NCBI GenBank assembly: GCA_965140415.1
Contig: OZ223209.1
Span: 2,016,001 to 2,080,000 of the forward strand
Direction of reading: 5' to 3'
Source of the DNA: Myxococcota bacterium
GTDB lineage: Bacteria; Myxococcota_A; SURF-8
Length of the DNA stretch: 64,000 nt
Shown here in pieces: positions 39,572 through 50,744 of this stretch. The first letter of the stretch is position 1, and each line of letters opens with the position of its first letter. The notes beneath the pieces were generated by a model that was not told where the DNA came from, ran no database searches, and was given only the letters and a program-made list of their open reading frames with translations. Both the position numbers and the translations under genes were made by a program.

Positions 39572-40606
39572 CTATTTCTCCTCGGTGATGGCGGAAAATT
39601 CCGATTCGCCATAGATTTCGAGGTAGTTGGACCAGACGCCGCCGCAGATTGGCAGCCACAGACAGGATTTGCAGGCGGTTGTCAGGCTTTTAAGCTCCTC
39701 TTTTTTCAGATCCTGCCAGATAAAGCGCTGCGTACCTTCCTCATCGGTCAAACGGTCGGTGGGATTGCCGAAGGAGGAGACGAAGGTTCGAATGTCCGTG
39801 TATTCGCCGATATAGCGGTGGCGCTTGTCCAGATCGTTGAAAAAGTCGGGTGGGAACGCACAATAGGGAATTTCACCAAAGGTTAAACGAATCTTGAACT
39901 CTCGTTCATTCAGATCGATCAGATCCAGAATCTGAGGGATGGCCTCATGGTAGCGGGGAACCAAGTCCTGTTTGTCTTTCGCTCGTCCTTCCGGACGGAT
40001 GTAGTTGAAACGGATATCGCTGATTCCGAGTTGCCTGAAAAAACGCACGAAACGCGGCAAGGTCGGCAGATTCTTTTGATTCAGCACGGCATTGATGCTG
40101 ATTACCGTTTTGCATACGCCATCTTTGCGCAGGCGTATCAGATTGCGGATGGCGCGAAGCTTGCGGATAAACGCGCCTTTACTGTTGGACAGGTAATCCT
40201 CTATCGAAGGAACTTCCGAATGGATGGACAGGCAATAGCGGTTCACGCCCAATTCCGCCGCTCGCTTGGCGAATTCCCAATCTCCCAATCGATACCCGTT
40301 GGTGTTCAATGTGATATCGTTAAATCCCAAGTCGCGAGCGGTTTCGAGCGTTTCGGTGAACCAGGGATACAGCGTCGGTTCGCCGCCCAATAAGCCCAGG
40401 CTATGCAGGCCGTGTTCCTGCGCGTAAAAACGCAACTCCCCTTTCAGTTTCTCCAAAGGAACCCAGCGTCGTTGCGCAGCCGAGGAATTGCTTTGCATGC
40501 AAAACAGGCATTTGTGATTGCAGGCATGACCCAGGTTGATGTCCACCCGTTCGCCACCGCCCTGTTTTGAAGAGAGCGGAATGTCCATGTTGCGCGGCTT
40601 GTCCAC
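39572..40606 (-). CDS. Radical SAM protein (second of three)
   Basis: CNHKCLFC, GGEPT, TNG, PYC and CKSCLWLPICGG; GTG 40606 with GGGGAG RBS (alternative ATG 40588). Confidence 0.9.
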   Translation of the reverse strand: MDKPRNMDIPLSSKQGGGERVDINLGHACNHKCLFCMQSNSSAAQRRWVPLEKLKGELRFYAQEHGLHSLGLLGGEPTLYPWFTETLETARDLGFNDITLNTNGYRLGDWEFAKRAAELGVNRYCLSIHSEVPSIEDYLSNSKGAFIRKLRAIRNLIRLRKDGVCKTVISINAVLNQKNLPTLPRFVRFFRQLGISDIRFNYIRPEGRAKDKQDLVPRYHEAIPQILDLIDLNEREFKIRLTFGEIPYCAFPPDFFNDLDKRHRYIGEYTDIRTFVSSFGNPTDRLTDEEGTQRFIWQDLKKEELKSLTTACKSCLWLPICGGVWSNYLEIYGESEFSAITEEK

Positions 40607-40608
40607 GA

Positions 40609-41658
40609 TCAGCGCTCCCCTCGTTCTAAAATTGTCGGATCTTGTAGAAGAGATACGCCTTCTACCAGGGTGCCGCTTACCGGGACAAATTCCCGCGTTC
40701 CGCGCCGCCTGACGTATTCGGTATGTACTCCCTCGCAAATATCGCGATAGCGACAGCGAGTGCAACTTGCAGGCTTGATTTTGTAATGTCCCTTGGTGAT
40801 AAGGTTCTGAGGTTGTTTGCGGCTGGAGTTGGTTGCCACGAACTTGTTGACTTCACGCTCAACGGCACTTTCGCTCCAATACAACTCATCCATATATCGT
40901 TCTATGCCCTTTAAACGGCACAGCGGAACGTGTCCGATTGTAATTGGGATTTCCGGTTGTGCAAGTTTCAGCGCCTCACGCAAGGGCGCGTCCAACTGCT
41001 TATAGGTTGGCACCAGATTTTCGAAATGATCGTAAGCGCCGCCGATGGGACGCACGAAGGCCCAGAACAGGCGCTGTGCGCCGGAATCCAGTTGATGGCG
41101 CATCATATCGGGCAGTCGTTGCACGTTGCCGTTGTAAATTACGCTGCTAAGCGAAAACGGCATATTCTGCACTTTCAGGTTCTCCATCGCCAGGCAAACT
41201 TGATCGAAAGCTCCCGGCGATTGTACCGCCGCATCGTGCGTTTCGGCGTCGTGTCCGTGTAGGGACAGATAAAGCCGTGTGATGCCCGCAAGTTGCAAGG
41301 TGCGTGCGAACTTCTCATGGCGCAGCATGCGCCCGTTTGTGGTGAGCATAATGGTTTGGAATCCCAAGCGTTTCGCTTGAGCCACCAAGGTCGGAAAGTC
41401 CTTTCGAATCGTCGGTTCACCGCCCAGAAAAGTCAGATGTTGGAAGCCGCGCCCATACAGATCCTTCAGTGTTTTTAGCAGGAATTCGGTCGTTAAGGTT
41501 TCATGGACCTGTTTTGAAATATTCTGTTCACGGTTGCAGATTTCGGAGCAGAACACACACCGGTTGTTGCAGGCGTAACCTAAATTGATTTCCACCCGTT
41601 TTTGCTTGGGGTGCAGCAGCAAACTGTCGCTGACGTGTTCCGGGTTCTGTGTGGCCAT
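40609..41658 (-). CDS. Radical SAM protein (first of three)
   Basis: CNNRCVFC, GGEPT, TNG, PLC and CTRCRYRDICEG. Confidence 0.9.
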   Translation of the reverse strand: MATQNPEHVSDSLLLHPKQKRVEINLGYACNNRCVFCSEICNREQNISKQVHETLTTEFLLKTLKDLYGRGFQHLTFLGGEPTIRKDFPTLVAQAKRLGFQTIMLTTNGRMLRHEKFARTLQLAGITRLYLSLHGHDAETHDAAVQSPGAFDQVCLAMENLKVQNMPFSLSSVIYNGNVQRLPDMMRHQLDSGAQRLFWAFVRPIGGAYDHFENLVPTYKQLDAPLREALKLAQPEIPITIGHVPLCRLKGIERYMDELYWSESAVEREVNKFVATNSSRKQPQNLITKGHYKIKPASCTRCRYRDICEGVHTEYVRRRGTREFVPVSGTLVEGVSLLQDPTILERGER

Positions 41659-41702
41659 CGAATATCCGACTACCTTTGCAAGGACTCGTTACTCATGTTC
41701 CG

Positions 41703-41731
41703 ATCATGGAACCCGGATGGGGAAAAGTCAA
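41703..41731 (-). promoter_or_regulatory. Sigma70 promoter of the radical SAM operon
   Basis: Minus strand TTGACT-17 nt-CATGAT. Confidence 0.6.
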
Positions 41732-41778
41732 GGATCTGGCCGGTGTTTGTAACTCGAACGTTGCAAAATCGCTTGTTA

Positions 41779-43944
41779 TCACTGGGAATCGCTACGTTGG
41801 TAGATGCCATCCAGCAAATCCAGCATTTCAGCCGGGCTGTTGGTGGGTAGTTGACAGGCTTGATTGACACACACATAGGCCGTTGCCTGTCTGTTACGCT
41901 CCGTATGGTCTTTTGTAAAGGTAGCGTAACTGCTTATTCCAGGTAGGCTTTCCGTGCTGGGACGGAATAAGACCACTTTGTTCGGAAGAAACGTCTTTCG
42001 GAGAGCATGAAACATTTTCCCGACATCTTCTTTTCCTGGTTTGCCTACTATTACAACTTCCGCCGACGGTCCCAGGCCGAAATCCACCGAAAGCAGCAGC
42101 CGGGTGTATTCGAAGGGGGCGCGCTGCACACTGGTGGAAAATGAGCGCCACAGCATATCCGCACGCATGATATAACCCAGATCGCCGGTAATGCGACCCA
42201 GGCGCAGCAAATTCATAGCGGCGACTGAATTGGCGGAAGGTACGGCACCATCGTAAATTTCCTTTTGGCGCGTAATCAACTGCTCGCCGGATTCATCGTA
42301 AGAGTAAAACCCGCCGGAAACCTGATCCCAGAAACGTTCAATGAAATCATCCATGTATTCGTTAGCCAAGTGAAGATACTGGATGTTGAAGGTCGCTTCA
42401 TACAGATCCAGCATGGCGGCAATCGTGAAGGCGTAATCGTCGGCGAATGCGGCGATGGCTGCCTCGCCGTCCCGATAACGGTGCAGCAAACGTCCGGCAT
42501 CGTCGGTCAGGCGATGATGTAGAAATGACGCCGCCCGCTCTGCGGCTTTCACATACCGATCATTTTCGAATACGCTGCCGGCCAGAGCCAATGCGGAAAT
42601 CATTAGCGCGTTCCAGTCGGTCAGGATTTTGTCGTCGAGATGAGGCCGCACACGTTCGTTGCGGGCCTGGAAAAGTTTTTCTCTAATGGGCTCCCACTTT
42701 TCCCTGATCTGACTGATCTGCCAAGCAGAAAGGGTATCGTTTTGTGTTAGCAATTCCGAACGATTCAGGATGTTCAACCCAGTAGCCTGTCCGCTGGCTT
42801 CCTCTTCGAAGTTACCTTCGCTTTTGACGCCATATTCCTTGTGGAGAAATTCCATTTCCAGAGGAGTAAGCAACTCTTTCAATTCCGCTTCGCTCCAGAC
42901 GTAAAACTTGCCCTCTACTCCTTCGCTGTCGGCGTCTTCAGCGGAATAGAAACCGCCATTGGGTGCTTGCAAATCACGCAGCACATAGCTGAGGATCTCA
43001 TTGGCAACCTGCTTGAACAGATCGTCTCCGGTGGCTTGGTAGGCTTTGGTGTATAGGCTTGCCAGCTGCGCCTGATCGTAGAGCATTTTCTCGAAATGCG
43101 GCACCAGCCACTGACGGTCGGTGCTGTAACGATGGAAGCCGAAGCCGACGTGATCGAACATTCCCCCGGCATACATGGCTTTCAGACTTTTCTTGACGAT
43201 GTCCAGCGGCATCGATTCGCCCGAACGTTTCCAATAATTCAGCAAGAATTCCAATTTATGCGGAGTGGGAAACTTGGGTTGGCTACCAAAACCGCCCCAT
43301 TGCCGATCTACCATGCCCAACAGGCGCGTATAGGCGGCATCCAGTACGCTTCGATCTATGGCAGGACCGGGAGCATCCTGGACCATTTCCTCAAGTGCGG
43401 TCTGTACCTGCTGGGCGGATTGCAGCAGTTTTTCGCGGTGGGTTCCCCACAATTCACCGACTTTGTTGATTAAATCCATCATTCCCAGTCTTCCGGCCTG
43501 GGTCTGCTTCGGAAAATAGGTGCCGGAAAAGAACGGTTGTTTATCGGGTGTCATGATAATCGTCAGCGGCCAGCCGCCGTTACCGTTCATCATTTGACAG
43601 ACCGTCATATACACTTGGTCGATGTCCGGGCGTTCTTCCCGGTCCACCTTGATGGAAATGAAAGCCCGATTCAGCGCCTCGGCCACTTCCGGATCTTCAA
43701 AGGATTCATGCTCCATTACGTGGCACCAGTGGCAAGTCGAGTAACCGATGGAAAGAAAGATGGGCTTGTCCTGTTCTTGCGCCCTGTTAAAAGCCTCGTC
43801 ACCCCAGGGATGCCAATCCACCGGGTTATAGGCATGTTGCAGTAAATACGGGCTTTTCTCGTTTATCAAACGGTTGGGTTGGCCAGATGCAATGGCTCCC
43901 GGACTCGAAGTTGTCTGACTTTGTTGTTGTTCTTGCCCTGCCAT
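41779..43944 (-). CDS. Thioredoxin-domain protein, YyaL/SSP411 family
   Basis: [55 protein letters not shown]. Confidence 0.93.
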   Translation of the reverse strand: MAGQEQQQSQTTSSPGAIASGQPNRLINEKSPYLLQHAYNPVDWHPWGDEAFNRAQEQDKPIFLSIGYSTCHWCHVMEHESFEDPEVAEALNRAFISIKVDREERPDIDQVYMTVCQMMNGNGGWPLTIIMTPDKQPFFSGTYFPKQTQAGRLGMMDLINKVGELWGTHREKLLQSAQQVQTALEEMVQDAPGPAIDRSVLDAAYTRLLGMVDRQWGGFGSQPKFPTPHKLEFLLNYWKRSGESMPLDIVKKSLKAMYAGGMFDHVGFGFHRYSTDRQWLVPHFEKMLYDQAQLASLYTKAYQATGDDLFKQVANEILSYVLRDLQAPNGGFYSAEDADSEGVEGKFYVWSEAELKELLTPLEMEFLHKEYGVKSEGNFEEEASGQATGLNILNRSELLTQNDTLSAWQISQIREKWEPIREKLFQARNERVRPHLDDKILTDWNALMISALALAGSVFENDRYVKAAERAASFLHHRLTDDAGRLLHRYRDGEAAIAAFADDYAFTIAAMLDLYEATFNIQYLHLANEYMDDFIERFWDQVSGGFYSYDESGEQLITRQKEIYDGAVPSANSVAAMNLLRLGRITGDLGYIMRADMLWRSFSTSVQRAPFEYTRLLLSVDFGLGPSAEVVIVGKPGKEDVGKMFHALRKTFLPNKVVLFRPSTESLPGISSYATFTKDHTERNRQATAYVCVNQACQLPTNSPAEMLDLLDGIYQRSDSQ

Positions 43945-44228
43945 GACTACGACTCCGATCGTCAATGCAACCCATAACAGGTTGCTTGAAATTGAAAATA
44001 GCGTCTTCTAAGCCTTGTCTTAAAGCTGTGATGGTAACGGTGCATCACTTGGTGGCTACGTCGATTTCATGACGCTTGCAAGGCTTGTAGGTGGGACTTG
44101 AACGGAAAGGGCTTTATTCCCATCGAATCGGATGCGAGGAATTTTGCAAACAGGCGCAACCCTGCGATATCCGCGGTGAATTGCCGGGAAAGGAGAGGAT
44201 AAGGCACATTGGTGATGTGAAACGGTGC

Positions 44229-44906
44229 TTATTTTTCCAGGCCAACGAGCTTTTTGAACTCATCCAGGCCGATTTCTTCTATCCATTTTCCGATTCTGCG
44301 GGATGGTCCCTGTTCTTCGAAGACGGAGATCACTTTGTCGGTCAGTTCTAACGCCTGCTCGTCGCTGAGTTGATCTGCCAGCGGTTGTGCAATGCGGGGA
44401 ATCAGACCGCCGTTGCCGCCCACAGCGGCCTTCCAGCCTTTCGGTGTACCGTACAGTGCGAAATCCTTGATGGCGTTTTCCGCACACTGCATGTGGCAGC
44501 CGGAAACTCCGATTTTGAACTTGAACGGAAGTTTCTTGCCGTGGAAACGTTTGTCCAACTCCATTCCGATTGCATATGCGTTTTGCTTGGCATAGGTGCA
44601 GTAAGGCGTTCCGGGGCAGAATTTGACACTGCGAATGCAAGCCCCGATGGCCTGGCCCGGTTCGACTCCGACATCCTGCCAGAATTCACCCAGGCGTTCT
44701 TCATCGATACCGATGAACATGAAGCGCTCGGCGCTGGTCATTTTAATGGCGTCTACCTGGTACTTTTCCGCGATATCCGCGTACTTACGAAGTTCTTGCG
44801 GAGTCACGAAGCCACCCGGCGCATGCGGGGCGACGGCATAGCGTCCGTTTTTCTGCACGACGGCCACCTGTTCGGCTATTCGAAGTTTTTTTTCCACCGG
44901 CCACAC
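44229..44906 (-). CDS. Stand-alone nitrite/sulfite reductase siroheme-[4Fe-4S] domain protein
   Basis: CPGTPYC and KIGVSGCHMQC; likely start GTG 44897. Confidence 0.85.
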   Translation of the reverse strand: MWPVEKKLRIAEQVAVVQKNGRYAVAPHAPGGFVTPQELRKYADIAEKYQVDAIKMTSAERFMFIGIDEERLGEFWQDVGVEPGQAIGACIRSVKFCPGTPYCTYAKQNAYAIGMELDKRFHGKKLPFKFKIGVSGCHMQCAENAIKDFALYGTPKGWKAAVGGNGGLIPRIAQPLADQLSDEQALELTDKVISVFEEQGPSRRIGKWIEEIGLDEFKKLVGLEK

Positions 44907-45128
44907 CTCGTTGTTGTGATCCTGTTGACCGGAAGTATAGCATTCTTCCCCCCTGGGTACAAGCTCACCGATCAGTCCGGAATGCAGCTTTCTCCTTGCG
45001 GGACGTAACCGCTGTTACAGCCGAATCCGCATTCACCCTCGGTGCAGATGCCAGCAACAAAATAAGATATGCTTTTACATCGGAAATTGTTTTGAAGAGT
45101 TAAGCGAATATGAAAAACGTTGTATCTT

Positions 45129-45617
45129 TCAGTATCTTTCGTCGCGCATCTGTCGGCTGACATCGCGCTGCTTGATGTCCTCGCGGCGGTCGAAAAGTTT
45201 TTTACCCTTGGCCAAGCCGATTTCCACCTTGGCGAGGCCATGCTTGAAGTAGATGGATAAAGCCACGATGGTGTAACCACGTTCTTTGACTTTTACGGAT
45301 AAGCGATGAATTTCGCGGGCGTGCATCAGCAATTTGCGTGGGCGCAGCGGATTATGGTTGTAACGATTGCCCATTTCGTATTCGGCGATGTGGCAGTTTT
45401 CAAGCCAGAGTTCACCATTCTTGATGCGCCCGAATGCATCGACCAGCGAAGCCTGCCCCGCGCGCAGCGATTTGACTTCGGTGCCGGTGAGTACGATCCC
45501 TGCCTCGAATGTATCTGAAATATGGTACATAAAGCGCGCTTTGCGATTGCGCGCAACGACTTTGTGACCTTCTGCGGTTACGCCGCCGTTTTTCTTTTTC
45601 TTGTTCTTTCCTGCCAC
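45129..45617 (-). CDS. smpB: SsrA-binding protein
   Basis: NRKARF, EAGIVLTGTEVKSLR, RKLLMH, GKKLFDRR; GTG 45617 after GGAGG. Confidence 0.96.
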   Translation of the reverse strand: MAGKNKKKKNGGVTAEGHKVVARNRKARFMYHISDTFEAGIVLTGTEVKSLRAGQASLVDAFGRIKNGELWLENCHIAEYEMGNRYNHNPLRPRKLLMHAREIHRLSVKVKERGYTIVALSIYFKHGLAKVEIGLAKGKKLFDRREDIKQRDVSRQMRDERY

Positions 45618-45690
45618 GATCACGCCTCCTGCGGCCATCTTAGCTGTAGAACGAATGCGATGCCATGTTTTTTTCCGTTATAGCAAAAGC

Positions 45691-48651
45691 TTAGGATTTG
45701 GCGGTTTTCGATTTGGCTACCGTGGTTTTCTTTTTCCGTTTTGCAGCAGTGGGTTTAGTGGCTGTGCGCTTGGGTGTTTGTTTGTGGCTTTTCTGTGACC
45801 CGGTTTGTGTCTTTCCTGTTTTGGAAGATCCACTGTTTCCGAGTTTGGCTTTCAGAAAGCGTCCCGTATGTGAGTTCGAACTCGTTGCGATTTCTTCCGG
45901 CGTGCCAGTGGCAACGATTGTGCCGCCTTTATCGCCACCCTCCGGTCCCAGATCGATAATATAATCCGCCGTTTTGATGACATCGAGGTTATGCTCGATG
46001 ACAATGACCGTATTGCCGCTTTCTGTCAGGCGGTTCAGTACGTCGAGCAGTTTGTTGATATCGTCGAAATGCAGGCCAGTGGTCGGCTCGTCCAGAATAT
46101 ACAGCGTGCGCCCCGTAGAGCGCTTTGAAAGCTCACGAGACAACTTGATGCGCTGCGCTTCGCCCCCGCTTAACGTCGTTGCCGGTTGACCCAGTCCGAT
46201 ATATCCCAGTCCGACTTGCTGTAACGTTTTCAGCTTATTATTGATCGAAGGGATGTTTTCGAAGAATGCTGTGGCCTGATTGACGGTCATCTTGAGGATG
46301 TCGCTGATGTTTTTCCCTTTGTAGCGGATTTCCAGGGTTTCCCGGTTGTAACGCTGGCCGCCGCACTGTTCGCATTGCACATAGACATCCGGCAGGAAAT
46401 GCATTTCGATGCGATTGACGCCCGCGCCTTCGCAGGATTCGCAGCGTCCGCCTTTGACGTTGAAGGAAAAACGTCCGGCCTTGTAGCCGCGAGCCTTGGC
46501 TTCCGGTAATTGCGCCAGCAAATCGCGAATCGGAGCAAACACCTGGGTATACGTGGCCGGATTGCTGCGCGGCGTGCGCCCGATCGGAGATTGATCGATG
46601 GCCACGACTTTGTCGATGTGCCGTAAACCGCTTACCTTTTTGCAGTTGACCGGCTTACGGTTGCGACGCGCACGCAAACTCAGACTTGGAAGCAGGGTAT
46701 CGATCACCAGGGACGATTTACCGGAACCGGAAACTCCGGTGACGAGGATCAACGATCCAAGCGGGAAGGAAACATCCAGGTTTTTCAAATTGTTTGTATT
46801 GCAACCGGAAAGTGTCAGCTGCTTTTCCGACTTCGAACGACGTTTGACCGGAACCGGAATGCTACGTTTTCCGCTTAAGTATTGACCGGTCAAGCTTTTC
46901 GAATTTGCCAGAATCTGTTTGGGCGTTCCCTGGGCGACGACTTCGCCTCCGTGGATTCCAGCGCCCGGTCCCATATCCACCACATGATCCGCGCTTAGGA
47001 TGGTGTCTTCGTCATGCTCTACGACGATGACCGTATTGCCGATGTCGCGCAGGCGTTTCAAGGTGGCCAATAGCCGGTCGTTGTCGCGCTGATGCAGACC
47101 GATGCTCGGTTCATCGAGAATATACAGTACGCCAACCAGCGAACTGCCGATCTGGGTTGCGAGTCGGATGCGCTGGCCTTCTCCGCCGGAGAGCGTAGCC
47201 GAACTGCGATCCAGAGAGAGATAATCGAGACCGACGTTGTTCAGGAAACCGAGTCGCTCCCGGATTTCCTTGAGCAGCCGCCCGGCGATGAATTCATCCC
47301 GCTCCGAAAGCGTCAAGGTGCTGAAGAAGTCAAGGCATTGCTCGATGGTCAGCCGTGTCAACTCGATGATATTTTTATTTTCCACGCGAACGTGTAAGGC
47401 TTCCGGACGCAAGCGGTTGCCGTTGCAGGTGGGACAGAGCGTATAGCTCATGTAACGTTCCAGTTCTTCGCGTACCTGCTCGCTCTGCGTTTCACGGTAG
47501 CGTCGCTCCAGGTTGGGAATAACTCCCTCGAAGGGACGATGATAACTGTGATGCTGCTCGGCGCCGTTGAAATCGAAATGAATGCTCTTGTTTCCCGAGC
47601 CGTACAGAAGGACTTGCTGGACCTTTGCGGGAAGTTTGGCGAAAGGCGTCTCGACCGACGCTTTATAGGCGTTTGCCACCGATTCGAGCATGAAATAGTA
47701 ATAAAAACCGGTGCGTGAGTTCCAGGGCATCACCGCGCCTTCACGCAAGGACAGGCTTTCGTCGGGGACGACCAGTTCGCGGTCGAAGTACATCTTCATA
47801 CCCAGGCCGTGACAGTCGGGGCAGGCTCCGTGGGGGTTGTTGAAGCTGAACAGGCGTGGCGAGATTTCCGGGTAGCTGATGCCGCAATCCACACAGCCGA
47901 AATGCTCGGAGAAGGTGTAGCTTTCTCCTTCCGTGGTTTCGATCAGAGCTAGCCCGTCGGCCAGTTTCAACGCCAACTCCATGCTTTCCGTCAGTCGATT
48001 GGCGATGCCTTCGCGCAGCACCAGTCGATCCACAAGGACTTCGATGGTGTGCTTGAGTTTGCGATTCAGTTCCGGTTCCGTTTCAGACAGATCGATCATT
48101 TGACCGTCAACCCGCACGCGGATATGACCGTCGCGCCGGAACTGTTCGAATTCCTTGCGGTATTCGCCTTTACGACCTCGAACGACCGGCGCAATGACGA
48201 GAAAGCGGGTGCCCTCCGGCATTTTCAGGATCTGATCGACCATCTGCTGCACGCTTTGCTTGCTGATGGCTTTGCCGCAGCTGTAGCAGTAGGGCTGCCC
48301 GATGCGCGCGTAAAGCAAACGGAAATGATCGTAGATTTCGGTTACGGTGGCGACGGTGGAACGCGGGTTCTTACTGGCCGTTTTCTGCTCGATGGAAATC
48401 GCCGGGGAAAGACCCTCGATGGCGTCTACATCCGGTTTGTTCATCTGTTCGAGAAACTGGCGGGCGTAGGCGGAAAGCGATTCCACGTAGCGTCGCTGTC
48501 CTTCCGCGTAAAGCGTATCGAAGGCGAGGGAGGATTTACCCGATCCGCTCAGTCCGGTAATGACGACGAGTTCGTTTCTGGGCAGACTGACGTGGATGTC
48601 TTTCAGATTGTGTTCTCGGGCACCCTGGATAATGATGTTTTTCTCGGTCAT
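45691..48651 (-). CDS. uvrA: Excinuclease ABC subunit A
   Basis: GAREHNLK, two Walker A GSGKSS, LSGGE signatures, zinc fingers. Confidence 0.98.
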   Translation of the reverse strand: MTEKNIIIQGAREHNLKDIHVSLPRNELVVITGLSGSGKSSLAFDTLYAEGQRRYVESLSAYARQFLEQMNKPDVDAIEGLSPAISIEQKTASKNPRSTVATVTEIYDHFRLLYARIGQPYCYSCGKAISKQSVQQMVDQILKMPEGTRFLVIAPVVRGRKGEYRKEFEQFRRDGHIRVRVDGQMIDLSETEPELNRKLKHTIEVLVDRLVLREGIANRLTESMELALKLADGLALIETTEGESYTFSEHFGCVDCGISYPEISPRLFSFNNPHGACPDCHGLGMKMYFDRELVVPDESLSLREGAVMPWNSRTGFYYYFMLESVANAYKASVETPFAKLPAKVQQVLLYGSGNKSIHFDFNGAEQHHSYHRPFEGVIPNLERRYRETQSEQVREELERYMSYTLCPTCNGNRLRPEALHVRVENKNIIELTRLTIEQCLDFFSTLTLSERDEFIAGRLLKEIRERLGFLNNVGLDYLSLDRSSATLSGGEGQRIRLATQIGSSLVGVLYILDEPSIGLHQRDNDRLLATLKRLRDIGNTVIVVEHDEDTILSADHVVDMGPGAGIHGGEVVAQGTPKQILANSKSLTGQYLSGKRSIPVPVKRRSKSEKQLTLSGCNTNNLKNLDVSFPLGSLILVTGVSGSGKSSLVIDTLLPSLSLRARRNRKPVNCKKVSGLRHIDKVVAIDQSPIGRTPRSNPATYTQVFAPIRDLLAQLPEAKARGYKAGRFSFNVKGGRCESCEGAGVNRIEMHFLPDVYVQCEQCGGQRYNRETLEIRYKGKNISDILKMTVNQATAFFENIPSINNKLKTLQQVGLGYIGLGQPATTLSGGEAQRIKLSRELSKRSTGRTLYILDEPTTGLHFDDINKLLDVLNRLTESGNTVIVIEHNLDVIKTADYIIDLGPEGGDKGGTIVATGTPEEIATSSNSHTGRFLKAKLGNSGSSKTGKTQTGSQKSHKQTPKRTATKPTAAKRKKKTTVAKSKTAKS

Positions 48652-48693
48652 GAAAGGCTGCCGTTTCCGTATGTCGCGTGATAAGGATGTGCG

Positions 48694-49719
48694 CTAACTC
48701 GATTGGGATTGTTGTTTAATGCGGTCTGCGGCAAAAGCCGCCGCCTGGATGATGGCGGAAAACAGGCTTTTTTCCGAGGCATAGCCTTTGCCAGCGATAT
48801 CGTAAGCGGTGCCATGATTGGGAGAGGTGCGGATAATCGGCAATCCCAAAGTGATGGTTACGCCGAAGGAGTTATCGATCAGACGATGGGCGATGGCTCC
48901 CTGATCATGATACATGATGATGACGGCATCGAATTCTTCATCCCGTGCACGTAAAAACGCATGTTCGACCGGCAAGGGGCCGGTAACGCGCATTCCCTGG
49001 TTTCTTGCTTCTGTTACCGCTGGCATGATGTGTTCGGTTTCTTCCATGCCGAACAATCCGTTCTCGCTGGCATGAGGATTCAGACCGACGACCGCCAGGC
49101 GTGGGCGTTTGATTTTGAAAGATGTTTCCAATGCCTTGTACGTCAAGGCAATGGCGTTGTATACACGTTCTTTGCAGATCAGGTTCGGCACTTCACGAAT
49201 GGGGACATGACTCGTCACACGGGCGACGCGCAAGTGATCGCTGGCGATTAGGGTGGCGCTGTGCTTTGTTTTGGTAATCGATTTCAGCAGATCCGTATGA
49301 CTGTGATGATCATACCCGGCTTCGTGCAGCATGGCTTTGTTGATCGGACAGGTCACCAAGGCATCTACCTGATTGGAGACGGTCATCTCCGCTGCTTTAA
49401 CGATATAAAAGGTGCTGACCAGTCCCAGATCGGTGCGCGGCTGGCCATATTCGAACTGATCCAGATTGATGTTCGAGAGTGGAATGAGGTTCGCCGTTTT
49501 GTCTTGGGCCTGATCGGGCGATTGGATCGGATTGAAAATCACCGAGCCGCCCATTTCGCGCTGAACTTTACGCAATACCCCTTCATCGCCTAAAACGATT
49601 GGTGTGCAGTGCTCGTAAATATCGGGACGGGATAAACTGCGGATAATAATTTCCGGGCCGATCCCGGCAGGGTCGCCCATGGTGATTGCCAGCTTTGGAT
49701 GCCGCATTTCCGCTGTCAT
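48694..49719 (-). CDS. pdxA: 4-hydroxythreonine-4-phosphate dehydrogenase family
   Basis: MGDPAGIGPE, LNPHA, MYHDQG, HGTAYDIAG; downstream of surA. Confidence 0.88.
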   Translation of the reverse strand: MTAEMRHPKLAITMGDPAGIGPEIIIRSLSRPDIYEHCTPIVLGDEGVLRKVQREMGGSVIFNPIQSPDQAQDKTANLIPLSNINLDQFEYGQPRTDLGLVSTFYIVKAAEMTVSNQVDALVTCPINKAMLHEAGYDHHSHTDLLKSITKTKHSATLIASDHLRVARVTSHVPIREVPNLICKERVYNAIALTYKALETSFKIKRPRLAVVGLNPHASENGLFGMEETEHIMPAVTEARNQGMRVTGPLPVEHAFLRARDEEFDAVIIMYHDQGAIAHRLIDNSFGVTITLGLPIIRTSPNHGTAYDIAGKGYASEKSLFSAIIQAAAFAADRIKQQSQSS

Positions 49720-50744
49720 TATTGATTCTCCTGCCCGGATTCTTCCAGATCCAGGATAGCCTGCTTGGGGGGCTGATTCATTTTAATATCGATGAAGGCT
49801 TTCGAGCGTAACTGCTGTACCCAGGTTTTCATTTCTCGCTTCATCGCTTCTTCGCGAAGGCGAGCGCTGATTTCCGCTCTTGCTTCTTCGTACCCTTTGG
49901 GGGGAACCGGGCGTTTATCTGCCAGTTGAATGACGTGGAATCCGAATGGACTTTTAACCACTGGAGAAACTTCGTTGACACTCAACTTCAAGACCGCGTT
50001 TTCAAAGGCTTTTACCATGACACCTTTTCGGAAGTATCCCAGATCGCCTCCGAAACGCGCCGTCGGCCCTTCCGACAGTTCCCTGGCCAGCGCTTCGAAA
50101 TCTTCACCTGAACGATATCGGGCGAGGGCATCTTCGGCGCGTTGGCGTTGTGCCTGCTCCACTTCCGCCGTGTCGGATTTCAACAGGCGAAACAGGATGT
50201 GGCGGGCGCGGTATTCATATTCCTGCGCTGCGGAAATGTTTTCCTTTTCGTAGGCGGTTTTAACTTCCGCTTCGGAAATCTTTACGCGGTTTCCGACCTT
50301 GGCATTGATGAAGTTCCATTTACGTAATTGCTTGCCGATTTGCTTTCGATACTCGGTCCATTCGATGCCTTGCTGGAACAGCGCTTTCTTCAGTGTTTCC
50401 TTGTCCGGAATGTTGTTCTGTGCCATGACTCGTTCGATGGCGGCATCCACTTCTTTTTCATCGACATCGAATTTGAGTTCTTTCAACTGTTGCTCAAGCA
50501 GCATGTCTTCGATCAGTTGATCCAGCACTTTCGTGTAAATCTCGTTCTTTTTCGTGGTGAGTTGCTCAGGATCGCGGATGCCGACCAGCATACTCTGGTA
50601 GCTTTGGGCCTGTTCCTTGACTTCCGAAAGCAGAATGATTTCGTCGTTTACGACGGCTGCAATCCGTTCCACAACTTCAGCTCTGGCTATGGGAGACAGT
50701 AATAGCAGGCATGCCAGCAGCAGACCGATCATGTTTCGTCTCAT
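49719..50744 (-). CDS. surA: SurA-like chaperone/PPIase
   Basis: ERIAAVVNDEIILLSE; parvulin domain HIL..GGDLG..FGFHVI. Confidence 0.85.
   Translation of the reverse strand: MRRNMIGLLLACLLLLSPIARAEVVERIAAVVNDEIILLSEVKEQAQSYQSMLVGIRDPEQLTTKKNEIYTKVLDQLIEDMLLEQQLKELKFDVDEKEVDAAIERVMAQNNIPDKETLKKALFQQGIEWTEYRKQIGKQLRKWNFINAKVGNRVKISEAEVKTAYEKENISAAQEYEYRARHILFRLLKSDTAEVEQAQRQRAEDALARYRSGEDFEALARELSEGPTARFGGDLGYFRKGVMVKAFENAVLKLSVNEVSPVVKSPFGFHVIQLADKRPVPPKGYEEARAEISARLREEAMKREMKTWVQQLRSKAFIDIKMNQPPKQAILDLEESGQENQ

Noticed and set aside
40607-40765. N-terminal extensions of radical SAM ORFs 2 and 3 in the ORF track
   Set aside because: They overlap the upstream gene; RBS-supported starts at 40606 and 39570 fit better.
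38644-41658. Radical SAM genes as moaA, pqqE or viperin
   Set aside because: No MoaA C-terminal GG or its Cys spacing, no pqq genes, and the C-terminal Cys cluster is not viperin-like.
43966-45128. tmRNA near smpB
   Set aside because: No tRNA-like ends (GGGG 5' end, TTCGA T-loop, CCA) on either strand of the intergenic gaps.
48652-48693. LexA box before uvrA
   Set aside because: The 42-bp gap has no recognisable dyad; uvrA appears to be read through from pdxA.
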